A stretch of DNA of 64,000 nucleotides from the NCBI GenBank assembly GCA_963781585.1, contig CAWAGQ010000006.1, positions 416,001 through 480,000 of the forward strand, read 5' to 3'. A model generated the notes under the pieces. The model worked only from the letters and a program-made list of their open reading frames with translations. It searched no databases and had not been told where the DNA came from. This document shows positions 21,802 through 31,919 of this stretch, piece after piece. Position 1 is the first letter of the stretch. The number at the start of each line of letters is the position of its first letter. The translations under genes were made by a program, and so were the position numbers. The DNA comes from an uncultured Gemmatimonadaceae bacterium. GTDB lineage: Bacteria > Gemmatimonadota > Gemmatimonadetes > Gemmatimonadales > Gemmatimonadaceae.

Positions 21802-22463
21802 TGTACTTTGACGACCGGCGGCACCGTATACTTGCCCTCGAGAACGGCCGCTCCAGGCATGTACGCGCGCAGCCAAAGTCTGAAGTTGCCCGTTGGCGCG
21901 GGTAGCCAGTTGGATTCATGCCCCGCCGGCGCGGTGTTCTGGATATGCACATCCACTGAGCCGTCCGCGTTTGCCACGAGGCCGGAGCGATCGCCGACGA
22001 GGTACCGATTGAGCGGATTCGCCACGAAGCGTTCTTTCTCGTCGGCCATGGTCAGCGACCAGAACGCGTCATTGGGCGGGAGCCCCTCCGACGGGAAGTG
22101 CATGATGTAATCGTGCCCTCCCGAGAGCGTGTGGCCCGCTCCATCTACGTTCGTCTTCCAGTACATCGCCTCTTGCGGCCCGCTTATCGGGCCGGGAAAT
22201 ATTCGGGTGCGCGCGGCCCGCATGAACATGCCGTTGCGCGACAGGCCGCACCCAAACGCGGTGACCCAGCCATTGATTCTCGCAAACTTGATCGTTGCGA
22301 CAATCTCAATCGTGACAACCGCCAGCCCGAACCCGACGAAGAAGCCTTGTATTAGAGCATTGCGCAGAGTCAGTGAATCGGCAAAGAGGAACCGTTTGAT
22401 GACGACATAGCTGCATACTGCGCCGATAAGCGTAATGAAACGTTTGTACGTTCTGTCGCTCAT
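21798..22463 (-). CDS. Membrane-anchored DUF1214-domain protein
   Basis: EAMY, PPNDAFWSLTM, NADGSVDV and NWLPAP.GNFRLWLRAY.P motifs; two N-terminal TM segments. Confidence 0.8.
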   Translation of the reverse strand: MSDRTYKRFITLIGAVCSYVVIKRFLFADSLTLRNALIQGFFVGFGLAVVTIEIVATIKFARINGWVTAFGCGLSRNGMFMRAARTRIFPGPISGPQEAMYWKTNVDGAGHTLSGGHDYIMHFPSEGLPPNDAFWSLTMADEKERFVANPLNRYLVGDRSGLVANADGSVDVHIQNTAPAGHESNWLPAPTGNFRLWLRAYMPGAAVLEGKYTVPPVVKVQ

Positions 22464-22570
22464 CCTGTTTCCTTGACTGCGACCACGTTGGCTTCGCGAA
22501 CAGGATACCTTCACCGCTATCGCGGTGGCCTGGAGCTCAATCAACGTGATAGTCAGAAGACTGCGAGCTC

Positions 22571-22707
22571 ATCGCAACCCGGTACTGCCGCCCTCCTGAT
22601 AACTTCCTCACAACGCCCCGCGCCGCAAGGTTGTAACCGGCGGCGCGGCGGCAGCCGGCGGTTGGACCGCGAGCGCTTCGCAACCCAGTCTGCACGTCGA
22701 GGGATTT
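22571..22707. repeat. Dispersed ~140-bp repeat, copy 1
   Basis: Aligns by eye with 38501-38639 in the same orientation (ATCGCAACCCGGTAC...TAACTTC...GCCGCAAG...TTGGAC...TCGCAACC...TCGAGGGATTT). Confidence 0.8.
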
Positions 22708-22889
22708 CGCGCCGAGCGCCGCGGACGGAGCACCAGGGTCGCACTGACCCGTTGATCTGGTCGGGAAGGTGATGCAGGTTCACTCGGACCAGGGATCGAG
22801 CGCCACACCGGGCGGTGGCCGTCCTGGATCGAACGTGGCCAAGCGGATCCGCCTAGGCCGATTGAATCCCTCGCCCCGCGGAGGTCGAG

Positions 22890-23360
22890 ATGCGTGGCAT
22901 TCCTGTTGTCTCCCTGGCGGTCGTTTGCTCTCTCACCGCTCCACCGCTCAGTGCTCAGGCATCCCCTTCCGTGGATGCCTGCCCGCTGGTCACCGCGGCG
23001 GAGGTCAGCGCGGTCCTCGGTATCACGTCACTGCCCGGCCGGCCTTTCCTCGGCAGTCACGTAACCTGCTACTTCGCGGCCGATACCGGCTACGCTACGA
23101 CGCCGTCAGTCAGCGTGAATGTGATGACGCCCGAGATGTTTCATAATCAGGGGCAGATGGGCGGTCCGCTGGCGTCGCATCCGCTGACGGGGTTGGGCGA
23201 CGAGGCCTTCTATATCAGTTCCGGGAACTATACCAAGGTGAGCGTCCTCAAGGGCGGGCGCGCATGCAGCGTGACGATCGTTCCGGGTGGGAAGGTGAAA
23301 GCCGCCCAGGTGCTGGACATGGAAAAATCGCTGGCGCAGAAGGCAGTGGCGCGGCTGTAG
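22890..23360 (+). CDS. Secreted DUF3558-like protein
   Basis: Signal peptide; DACPLVTAAEVSAVLG, TCYF and GLGDEAF motifs; GGAGG RBS. Confidence 0.75.
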   Translation: MRGIPVVSLAVVCSLTAPPLSAQASPSVDACPLVTAAEVSAVLGITSLPGRPFLGSHVTCYFAADTGYATTPSVSVNVMTPEMFHNQGQMGGPLASHPLTGLGDEAFYISSGNYTKVSVLKGGRACSVTIVPGGKVKAAQVLDMEKSLAQKAVARL

Positions 23361-23492
23361 CGACGAGGATGAGCGGGGCGCGATCGTAACATGGCGGCGA
23401 TGGAACCGTCCACTTCAGCCACCGATGATTCGCGCGCCCAATGAACGCGCCGCACAGTCCAGAGACCGTGCGGCGCGCGGTGCATCCGTCGG

Positions 23493-26400
23493 TCAGAAGT
23501 AGTACTTCAGTCCGACCTGCGCCTGGAACTGGAGCAGCAGGTTGGTCCCCGTGATCCCCAGCGATCCGAAGGTCGTGGGCACGCTGTAGAGGATCTTCCC
23601 GCTCGCCGCGTCGAAGCTGTTCGGCGTCAGCAGGTCGCGGCTCGCACCGAAGACGCCCATGTAGCGCCCCCACTTGCTGTTCAAGCCATTCAGCACGTTG
23701 AACAGGTTCACCTGAAGCTCGGCGCGCTGCGCCCCCGTCGTGGTGATGGATTTCGCGAGCTGGATGTCCATCCGGTTGAACCAGGGGAGGGTGCACGTGT
23801 TTCGCTGGATGATCTGCCCCACGTACTTCCCGACGCACGGGTAGGCCTTGAGGTAGCCCGCATAACGATCGCGGATCGCCTGCGCTTTCGTCGGGTCCGT
23901 CTCCGTCAGCGGGAGGTCCGTGGGCGCGAAGATGAACGGCCGGTCATTGAAGTTCGCGCCGTCGCCGTTCAGGTCGCCGCCCTGCTCGGGTCCCCACCGG
24001 TTCCCCGACTGGAAGCGCCAGAGCCCGCTCACGCGGATGTCCCACGGCAGCTGCGCGTTGCCCGAGATGACGATGACGTGGTTACGCACCGTCGCCGACG
24101 GTCCCCACGCCTTGTCGGTCGCGCCGACGCCGCCGATGTCGTTCGGCCCGTACGCACCGACCGTCGGATTGGTGAAGCCTTCCTTCGCCGTGCAGCAGGA
24201 ATAGGATGAGTTGTCATACGCCCGCGTGTACGTGTATGACACCCGCACCTGCGAGCCGCCACGGAAGATGCGCGTCAGTTCCGCCGTGCCCGCCAACGAC
24301 TGCGACTGGCCGTCGTTGTAGTTGGCGTAGATCTGGGCGAAATCGATGTTGAGCTCCGCATTCGGTGCCGTCGACGTCGCACTCGACGGGTTGAACACCG
24401 CCGCGGGCACGAAGACCTGCCGGTTCCCCTCGTTCGTCAGCGCGAACTGCGCGGGGCGCAGGTTCAGGTTGCGCACCGTGTACAGGCGGTACGAGCGCGA
24501 CCCCACGATGTCGACCGAGAGCTTGGTGTTCCCCGCGAAAAGGCGGTCATACCCGATGTTCGCCTTGAAGCTCTCGGGATACTGGAAGTTGTCCTTCCAG
24601 AAGGTGTACGTCGGCACCCCGGTTCCTGTCTGCCCGCCGGCGCAGGTGACCGGGTCGTTTTCCCCACCGGTGCTCCAGGAGGAGAACCCCGACACCGACG
24701 GCGGCGCGTCCGGGGCTCCGGTCGCGCTCGACCCGGCGCACGTGAGGCTCAGCACCGGGTGCACCGAGCTCGTCACGTTCCCGCCCACCACGTAAGGCAG
24801 CCGGCCGTAGAAGTACCCCATGCCGAAGCGCGCCACCGACCGCCCGTCGCCGTTCACGTCGTACGCCAGCGCGAGCCGCGGCGAGACGTTGTTCTTGTCG
24901 GTCGGCGCGTTGCCGGATTTCACGCCGAACGCGCGCTCGGCGTCGATCACCCGCTGCGGATTGTTGAGGAACGACTCGACGTCGTAGCGGACGCCGAGCG
25001 TCGCCGTGAGCTTCGGCGTCGGGCGCCACTCGTCCTGTGCGTAGACGGCGTACTCGCCGACGTTGAACTTCGAGAGTGGCACCGTGCCATCGATCGTCTC
25101 GCTGCGCGTGAAGGACGACGGCTTCCTGGCCGCGAAGTCGGCCAGCGACGCGAAGGTGTACGCGCCCGTCGTGTTGTCGATCGATCCGGTCGGCCCGATG
25201 AACGAGTTCTTGAGGTGCGAGTAGATGCCGCTCCCCCCGAACTTGAACGTGTGCCGCCCGGCCTCGAGCGTGAAGTTGTCGATCAGCTGGAGCTTCCGCT
25301 CCAGCAGGTCGTTGTTCAGCGAGACGAACGTGCCGCCGTAGCCGGCGCTCTGGCCGCCGCCGATGTTCGTCACGAACAGCGAGGGCCGCAGGTCGTGCCC
25401 GTTGCGCGGCCGGTCCTCGTCGGAGAACTGGAAGCGGAGCACGTTGAACGACCTCGCCCCCGTCACCGACTGGAGCTCGCCCACCAGCGACGACGACCGG
25501 TCGCCCAGGTTCTCCGCGCGCGCCTGCCCGTACGAGAAGTCGAAGCTCGGACTGAACAGGTTGTCGTTGTGGTGGTTCGCGTAGTTCTCCCGCAGCGAGA
25601 AGCGGTTGTTGCGATCGAGGTTCCAGTCGAGGCGGCCGAACAGCGTGATCACGTCGTTGGTCGTCTGGAAGTTGGAGTACTTCGCGGCCGCGTCGCCGAC
25701 GCCGTAGGTGCTCTGGAGGATGTCGATGAACTGTTGCAGGTTGTGTGCGCCCTCGGTATCCGGCGCCGGGTTGCCGTTGGCGTCCAGCTTGGAGAGGAAG
25801 TAGTCCGGGCGCAGCGGCAGCTGCGGTTCCCGGCGCCGCTGGCCGTCGAGCGAGACGAGGAAGAACGCCTTGTCACGCTTGATCGGCCCCGAGTAGCGGG
25901 CCGCGTATTGCGCCGAGCTGAAGTCGATCGCGGGCTTGCCGGCGAAGTCCTTCGCCGCGAACTGATTGCCGCTGTAGTTCGCGTACGCAGTCCCCTCAAA
26001 CGCGTTCGTGCCGCCGCGAGTCACCACGTTGACCACGCCGCCCGTGTAGTTCCCGTACTCGACGTCGAAACCATTGGTGATGATCTGGAACTCGCGGATC
26101 GATTCCAGCGAAAACTCGAACGGGATGCGCGAGCCGCCGCGGTTCTCGCCGAAGAAGGAGTTGTTGGCGTCGACGCCGTCGATCTGGACGTTGGTCTGCG
26201 ACGGACGCAGCCCGGCGATCGAGAACTGGCCACCGGTCGTCTTCTCGGGATTCGGGTCGACGAGGCCGGACAGGTTGATGAAGTCCGTGAAGTCACGGCC
26301 AAGCGACGGCAGCGTCTCGATCTCCTTCTGCGACACGCTCTGTGCCACCGAGGCATCGGTGACGTCGATCTCCGGCCGCGCATTCGCCTGCACCTGCACC

Positions 26401-26768
26401 CCCTGCAGCGCGACGGCCTGCTGCGCCATCGCGAAGTTCACCGTCGCCGTCTGCCCCACGATGACCGTGATGTTGCGCTGCGAATCCGCGGCGAACCCGA
26501 TCATCCGCGCCTGGACCGTGTACGTCCCCGGCGGCAGCAGAACGAGGGTGTACTGCCCGTCGCCGTTGGAGTGCGCGGAACGTTCGAAGCCCGTGTTGAT
26601 GTTGCGACCCGTGATCGTCGCATTCTCCAGCGGCGCGCCGCCCGGCCCCGTGATGAGCCCACGGATCGCGCCGGTCGTCGTGGCGTTCTGCGCCCCGACC
26701 GGGGCCGCGGCCAGCAGGGTCGCGACCATCAGCGCGGCCAGGCCGCCCATCGGCTGCCGGCTCGTCAT
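23493..26768 (-). CDS. TonB-dependent receptor with N-terminal carboxypeptidase regulatory-like domain (Oar type)
   Basis: Signal peptide, LPSLGRDF, IDGVDAN, YAQDEW, NNVSPR, C-terminal QVGLKYYF. Start 26768 (alternative 26774) overlaps the upstream stop. Confidence 0.92.
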   Translation of the reverse strand: MTSRQPMGGLAALMVATLLAAAPVGAQNATTTGAIRGLITGPGGAPLENATITGRNINTGFERSAHSNGDGQYTLVLLPPGTYTVQARMIGFAADSQRNITVIVGQTATVNFAMAQQAVALQGVQVQANARPEIDVTDASVAQSVSQKEIETLPSLGRDFTDFINLSGLVDPNPEKTTGGQFSIAGLRPSQTNVQIDGVDANNSFFGENRGGSRIPFEFSLESIREFQIITNGFDVEYGNYTGGVVNVVTRGGTNAFEGTAYANYSGNQFAAKDFAGKPAIDFSSAQYAARYSGPIKRDKAFFLVSLDGQRRREPQLPLRPDYFLSKLDANGNPAPDTEGAHNLQQFIDILQSTYGVGDAAAKYSNFQTTNDVITLFGRLDWNLDRNNRFSLRENYANHHNDNLFSPSFDFSYGQARAENLGDRSSSLVGELQSVTGARSFNVLRFQFSDEDRPRNGHDLRPSLFVTNIGGGQSAGYGGTFVSLNNDLLERKLQLIDNFTLEAGRHTFKFGGSGIYSHLKNSFIGPTGSIDNTTGAYTFASLADFAARKPSSFTRSETIDGTVPLSKFNVGEYAVYAQDEWRPTPKLTATLGVRYDVESFLNNPQRVIDAERAFGVKSGNAPTDKNNVSPRLALAYDVNGDGRSVARFGMGYFYGRLPYVVGGNVTSSVHPVLSLTCAGSSATGAPDAPPSVSGFSSWSTGGENDPVTCAGGQTGTGVPTYTFWKDNFQYPESFKANIGYDRLFAGNTKLSVDIVGSRSYRLYTVRNLNLRPAQFALTNEGNRQVFVPAAVFNPSSATSTAPNAELNIDFAQIYANYNDGQSQSLAGTAELTRIFRGGSQVRVSYTYTRAYDNSSYSCCTAKEGFTNPTVGAYGPNDIGGVGATDKAWGPSATVRNHVIVISGNAQLPWDIRVSGLWRFQSGNRWGPEQGGDLNGDGANFNDRPFIFAPTDLPLTETDPTKAQAIRDRYAGYLKAYPCVGKYVGQIIQRNTCTLPWFNRMDIQLAKSITTTGAQRAELQVNLFNVLNGLNSKWGRYMGVFGASRDLLTPNSFDAASGKILYSVPTTFGSLGITGTNLLLQFQAQVGLKYYF

Positions 26769-27817
26769 GGACATGCCACCTCCGTCGCCTCGCTCAGCGA
26801 GCGCGGGAACAGCTCGACGGGCGGGTTCGTGAACGCTTTCAGGATGCCGGTCCAGTCGTAGCACTTCCCGGCGGTGAAGGTCGTCTTGAGCGTGGTCGTG
26901 TCGGCCACCACGTGACTGTCGAAGCGCACCGCCACGGCACCGCTGCCGTCGTCGACCACCGCGTTGCGGCCGCCGCCCGTCGTGAAGACGTCGAGCAGCT
27001 TGCCGGCCTTGATCCGGATCAGCCGCCCCTGGAGGTTCGCGTGAATGTCGCTTCCCGCGTCCGCCGCGTCCTTGGACGTGACGTCCGCCGGCGCGAGCGG
27101 CGTGCCGGACTGGACCGAGTTGACCGTCACCGGGCTCAGCTCGAACTCGTTGTTGAACGCCGCCAGCGTCGCCGACACCTCGATCACGTCGCCGATCTGG
27201 AACGACGGTCCGGTCGGGCTGAACAGCTCGACGCCACCCGTCTCGTCCTCGATGTACGCCTGCCCCGTCGAGATCTGGTTCACCGTCGACGTCACCGTGC
27301 CGCGCACCGTGATGCGCGCGCCGAGCGACTGTTGCTCGGCGGCGGCAATGGTGATCACGCATCCCGTGCGCCCATCGAGCGTCACGAACTGCGTCTCCGA
27401 GATATAGATGCTGACCGACTTCGGGTTCTCGCAGAACGACACCACCGAGCCCATGCCGGTGGTGTCGACCCTGAGCCAGTGGGTGCCCGCAGGGAGGTCG
27501 GAGACGTCGAAGCGGCCGTCCACGCCGGAGTGGACGTCGCCACCCGCGAGTGCCGCCGACGTCCCGCGCACCTGCACGATCAGGTGCACGTTCGCCATGG
27601 CGCTGTCGCCCGCCGACGGATCGTAGAGACCGTTCTGGTCACGGTCCAGGAAGACGATCCCGTCCAGGCCACCGGTGCCGCTCACCGTGAACGGGCGCGC
27701 CGGCTTGATCGAGCACCCGGATGCGGTGCCCAGCGCCGCGAGCGCGATGCACGTCAGGATCAGCGGCCCGCGCCTCGCGCGCGACGGTCCGGATCCGGAG
27801 AGAGTCTGGTACCTCAT
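26765..27817 (-). CDS. Lipoprotein with an SdrD-B-like domain and one OB-fold tandem unit
   Basis: Lipobox-like ASGC; VFLDRDQNGLYD; ITIAAA...ITVRGTVT...AYIEDETGGVELF...GDVIEV...LFPRS. Confidence 0.8.
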   Translation of the reverse strand: MRYQTLSGSGPSRARRGPLILTCIALAALGTASGCSIKPARPFTVSGTGGLDGIVFLDRDQNGLYDPSAGDSAMANVHLIVQVRGTSAALAGGDVHSGVDGRFDVSDLPAGTHWLRVDTTGMGSVVSFCENPKSVSIYISETQFVTLDGRTGCVITIAAAEQQSLGARITVRGTVTSTVNQISTGQAYIEDETGGVELFSPTGPSFQIGDVIEVSATLAAFNNEFELSPVTVNSVQSGTPLAPADVTSKDAADAGSDIHANLQGRLIRIKAGKLLDVFTTGGGRNAVVDDGSGAVAVRFDSHVVADTTTLKTTFTAGKCYDWTGILKAFTNPPVELFPRSLSEATEVACP

Positions 27818-30312
27818 TTCTGCACCACGTCCGATGCACCTCTCGGCTTGAGTTCCGCGGCGCTTGGCGTGCCGAACGGCACCGCGATACCGGTGATGTC
27901 GTAATGCGTCCCCACGGTGAACAGCGACGCCGGCGGCGGGACGTGCCCCGTCGGCGCCGACATGAAGACCGTGAACGACGAGGCGTCAGGCGCCGTGACG
28001 GTGACGCTGTATGTCCCGCTCCCGCTGGGCGTGCCCACCGTGTTGACCGTCACGTCCCGAATCGTCACCAGCTGGCCTTCGTACGTTCGTGCGAGGAATT
28101 CCGCGCCCGTCACTACGCGCGGAGCCGGCGGCGCCCCGGATCCGAGCTTCGTCACCTTGATCGAATCGGTCGGCGTGATGTTGTTCGTGATCTCCTTCTC
28201 GTTGCTGAACGTCGTCATCTTGCCGTGGACCCGCACGGCGTCACCCGCCATGAGGCCGAGCGCGGCCGGCAGGTTGAAGATCAGCACGCCCCCCGTCGCA
28301 TCCTGGATGTACGAGTTGTCCGTGCGGAACGTCCCCTGTCCCGCCGTCACGATCCCTTCCACCGTGACGGTGTCGTTGTTGACCGCGCGCGCCGCCGCGA
28401 TCGTCACCAGGTTCGGGTTGGTGGAGACCACGTCCGCCGGCGAGCGCGGCTTCACTTCGGGCGTGAACGTCGTGCCGTTGGTCGAGAAGTTGAGCGCCGC
28501 GCCCGAGACGTCGTACGTCATCCCGACCTGCCAGAACGTGTTCGTGATCCCGACCGCGGCGTTGTCGATGCGAACCGTCAGATCGGTGCCGTCGGGGGCC
28601 GTCGCGAGGACGTTGTACGCGCCGCTCCCGCTTGGCGTGCCGACGCTGTTGACCACCAGGCCGGAGAGCCGCACGAACTGCCCGTCGTAGATCCTCGACG
28701 CGAGGTCAGGCCCCGTGACCGTGCGCGGCGACGGCGGGGTCGTCGTGCCGAGCCTCTCGATCAACGGCGGCGTCGAGGCGTTGAAGCGCGCGATCTCGTA
28801 CTCGTTGTTGAAGAACGAGACGACGCCGGTGACGCGGATACTGTCTCCCGGCACAAGTACCGTCGCGGTCGGGATGTTGAAGATATCGGCGCCGCCTGTC
28901 GGGTCGACGATATAGGCGCTCAGGTTCGTCGCCGTCGAGAGCTGGTAGACGCCGGTGCCGGCGTACACCACCCCCTCGACCGTCACCGTGTCGCCGGCGG
29001 CGTGCGTGCGCGCCTGCGCGATCGGGATCGCGACCGTGCCGACGGCCACGTCGGCGCTCGAGCGCGGCTTGAGCTGCGCCGTGCCGTTGAAGACGCCGTC
29101 GAGTCCCGTGACGTTGTACGCGTGCCCGACCTGCCAATACGAGATCGGGATGTCGATGTTGTTGGTGTTGCCGTTCCGGACCTGGAACCCCTCGGAGGCA
29201 TTCTGGCCCTGCAGGTTCACGTTATACGACGTGGCGCCGGTGGTGGCCGAGCTCAGGACCGTCGCCCCCTGAACGCTCACGAGCTGCCCCGCGAACGCTC
29301 CCGAAACGAGGTCGGCGATCGAGATCGGCTTGGCATCGGGAACCGGGCCGCTGCCGAGCTTCGTCACGCTCAGGGTTCCGCCGGAGGGCGCGACCACTTC
29401 GAGCTCGCCGTTGAAGACCGACGTGACGCCGATGACGCGCACCGTATCACCGGCCACGGTCCCGATCACCTGCGCGCCGAAGACCACGATGCCCGCCGTC
29501 TGGTCCTGAACGTAGAGGTTGTTGAAGCTCAGGAATCCGCCGTTGGACGTAGCCACGGCGACGAACGCGACGGTCGTGCCGACCGCGCTCGCACGCGACT
29601 CGGCCACCGTGGTAAGCAGGTTCCCCGTGAACTGCACCGCGACCGACTGCGTCGCGTTGGCGCCGACGGTTACGGTCCGCACCGTGCCGCCGACGATATC
29701 AATGGTCGGAATCGGCGTGATCACGACCGTATAGGTCCCCGGTCTCAATGTTGCGAACGTGAACTCGCCGCCGCTGCCCGTCGCCGTCGTCGCCTGAGGC
29801 TCCTGGGTCGTGTCGGAGGTGGCAAACAGCCGGACCGTCATGCCGGGCGCCGGGGTGTCGACGCCTGCGTCGTAGGTGCTGTTCGCGTTGTTGTCGCGGA
29901 ACAGCAACCCGCTGATGGTGCCGGGCTCGTACACATAGCGGAATTCCGAGCTGACCACGCCACCGCGGAAGGGAACCACGACTACCGGTGTCGGAGCACT
30001 CGCCAGCAACGCGCCAGCCGGTGCGGTGGCGGACAGGGCGGCACTGTAGCTCCCAGGGTCGACGTCGTCGAAGGTGGCGCTCCCGTCGCTGCCGAGCGTG
30101 GCCTGTCGAGCCGAACCGCCACCGACGGGGGTGAGGGTTACCTGGCCGCTGATCGCGAGGTCGCCGGTCGAGTAGGCGCCGGAGCCGTCGACATCGACGT
30201 ACGCGCGCACGGAGACCGTGACGGCCGTGCCGGTTGGAATCTTGTTATCATTGCAGCCGAACATGATGAGTGCGGCCACCGCGACGATGGCCGGTCGAGC
30301 CCTGCGACGCAT
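27814..30312 (-). CDS. Lipoprotein with two SdrD-B-like domains and three ~200-aa OB-fold tandem repeats
   Basis: Lipobox-like MFGC; YVDVDGSGAY and FRDNNANSTYD. Three units contain Y(V/I)xDxTxG and end in KPRSSADV, KPRSPADV and KPRGASDV. Confidence 0.8.
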   Translation of the reverse strand: MRRRARPAIVAVAALIMFGCNDNKIPTGTAVTVSVRAYVDVDGSGAYSTGDLAISGQVTLTPVGGGSARQATLGSDGSATFDDVDPGSYSAALSATAPAGALLASAPTPVVVVPFRGGVVSSEFRYVYEPGTISGLLFRDNNANSTYDAGVDTPAPGMTVRLFATSDTTQEPQATTATGSGGEFTFATLRPGTYTVVITPIPTIDIVGGTVRTVTVGANATQSVAVQFTGNLLTTVAESRASAVGTTVAFVAVATSNGGFLSFNNLYVQDQTAGIVVFGAQVIGTVAGDTVRVIGVTSVFNGELEVVAPSGGTLSVTKLGSGPVPDAKPISIADLVSGAFAGQLVSVQGATVLSSATTGATSYNVNLQGQNASEGFQVRNGNTNNIDIPISYWQVGHAYNVTGLDGVFNGTAQLKPRSSADVAVGTVAIPIAQARTHAAGDTVTVEGVVYAGTGVYQLSTATNLSAYIVDPTGGADIFNIPTATVLVPGDSIRVTGVVSFFNNEYEIARFNASTPPLIERLGTTTPPSPRTVTGPDLASRIYDGQFVRLSGLVVNSVGTPSGSGAYNVLATAPDGTDLTVRIDNAAVGITNTFWQVGMTYDVSGAALNFSTNGTTFTPEVKPRSPADVVSTNPNLVTIAAARAVNNDTVTVEGIVTAGQGTFRTDNSYIQDATGGVLIFNLPAALGLMAGDAVRVHGKMTTFSNEKEITNNITPTDSIKVTKLGSGAPPAPRVVTGAEFLARTYEGQLVTIRDVTVNTVGTPSGSGTYSVTVTAPDASSFTVFMSAPTGHVPPPASLFTVGTHYDITGIAVPFGTPSAAELKPRGASDVVQK

Positions 30313-30472
30313 CACGGCTCCTGCCTTGCGGATCATGGACGGGTTGCGAATCGAAGTCTTTCGGGCGAACGCGAGCCTAGATCCCACGGCAATGACTGTC
30401 AAGATGTCACCGCCGGGCGACCGCATCGTTCCCCGTTCGTTACCACGCGGATAAACCGAGGCTGAAGGCAAG

Positions 30473-31693
30473 GTGACGCTCCGTCAGTCCGTCACATTCG
30501 CGCTGCTGGTCGCCTTCGGCGTGTCCGCCTGCTCGCCCGGCGACAAGGCCACCGGCCCCCTGACCGCGCCCGTCATTTCGATTGCGGGTGTCACCGAGGG
30601 CGCGACCTACTCGGTTCCTGTGACGATTCACATCGATACCGACGTGGGATCGTGGGAGGCTACGCTCGACGGACAGCCGTTCACGTCTGGCGGTACCGTG
30701 CAGACCCCCGGGGACCACACGCTGTCGGTGACGGCGCACCTCTCGCTCGCCGTCGCAACTGTCGTCGTGCACTTCAGGATCCAGCCTCCAGCGGGCGGGG
30801 AACTGATCATCCGGATGTTCGACCTTGGGCCGAATGAGTTCGGCGGGGGTGGGGACGCCATCCTGATCACCGACTCCACCTCGGCGGGCATGGTGAGCGC
30901 CATGGTGGATGCCGGGCCGGCGGGCGCCGATGCGAGTGATCCCGGCTTGGTCTCGCGCCAGCTCGCGCAGCTCCACATCGACACGCTCGCGATCCTGCTG
31001 CTCACCCACGCCCACGGCGACCACTATGGCGGCATGGGGCCGATTCTCTCGAGCGTGCACGTGAAGCGGTTCCTGTACAACGGACAGATTCGCAGCCTGT
31101 CGTCCTACACGAGCGTGATCTCCCAGGCCGGCCTCGTCGCCGACAGCACCATCGTCGTCACGGCGACGCGCGACTACGACCTGGGATACGCGGCAACTCC
31201 CTCACACCTGAAAGTCCTCCCGCCGCTCGCGACGCACCTGGCCGAGGACACCGACGATGGCACTCTGCTGAACGACGGCTCGGTGGGGGCGCGTCTCTCA
31301 CTCGGCACGTTCTCGATGTTCCTCACCGGAGACAGCGAGGTCGCCGCGACGGAGCGCTGGCGCGCACAGTTCACGAGCCTCGTCCAGAACATCACCGTGC
31401 TGAAGGTCGGCCACCATGGTGCGAACAACGCCATCTTCGACAACGGCGTGAGCGGGACGTCGTCCTGGCTCGCGGTGACCGCACCGCGGGTGTCGATCAT
31501 CTCGGGGAACGGCACCACCCATCCGCGTATCAACGCGCTCAACAAGCTCCTGGGACAGCCCGGAAACCGGACGTACTGCACCAACGTGCACGGGAACATC
31601 ACAATCCGCGTGGCGCGCGATGGCAGTTACCGTGTGAGCGTGGCGAAGAACGCCGACCAGGACTGCGTGCCGGGGAGCGACGCGACGACCTGA
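30473..31693 (+). CDS. ComEC/Rec2-like metallo-beta-lactamase-fold lipoprotein (putative nuclease/phosphodiesterase)
   Basis: Lipobox VSAC, Ig-like N-terminal domain, THAHGDH, FLTGDSE, LKVGHHGA and HP motifs; no membrane competence domain. Confidence 0.85.
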   Translation: MTLRQSVTFALLVAFGVSACSPGDKATGPLTAPVISIAGVTEGATYSVPVTIHIDTDVGSWEATLDGQPFTSGGTVQTPGDHTLSVTAHLSLAVATVVVHFRIQPPAGGELIIRMFDLGPNEFGGGGDAILITDSTSAGMVSAMVDAGPAGADASDPGLVSRQLAQLHIDTLAILLLTHAHGDHYGGMGPILSSVHVKRFLYNGQIRSLSSYTSVISQAGLVADSTIVVTATRDYDLGYAATPSHLKVLPPLATHLAEDTDDGTLLNDGSVGARLSLGTFSMFLTGDSEVAATERWRAQFTSLVQNITVLKVGHHGANNAIFDNGVSGTSSWLAVTAPRVSIISGNGTTHPRINALNKLLGQPGNRTYCTNVHGNITIRVARDGSYRVSVAKNADQDCVPGSDATT

Positions 31694-31700
31694 TGGGTCA

Positions 31701-31766
31701 GTGCCACGCGGTGTCGTGCGCCCGACGACCACCGCGCCGAACGACCTCTGGATCGCAGACTTCAAC
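31701..31766 (+). mobile_element. IS481-family transposase core-domain remnant
   Basis: GVVRPTTTAPNDLWIADF resembles the PNDLWTADFKG first catalytic Asp motif; short. Confidence 0.55.
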
Positions 31767-31919
31767 CGGAGCGTATCGCACCACACGCTGCCACGAAACG
31801 CAACACCCCCGCGGGGCCCGGTGCCGGGCTCTGACCGGCAACTCATTCCCGCCAAGTCGCTTACCGATTCTCTGGTTGCACCGCTGAGCCGCAGGTACCT
31901 TGGACCGCCACGAGCATTC

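Noticed and set aside
24759..30465. Plus-strand 700-aa and 914-aa ORFs
   Set aside because: Antisense shadows of the TonB receptor and OB-repeat lipoprotein genes.
30473..31693. True comEC competence gene
   Set aside because: The multi-TM competence domain is missing; this is a lipoprotein with only the MBL domain.
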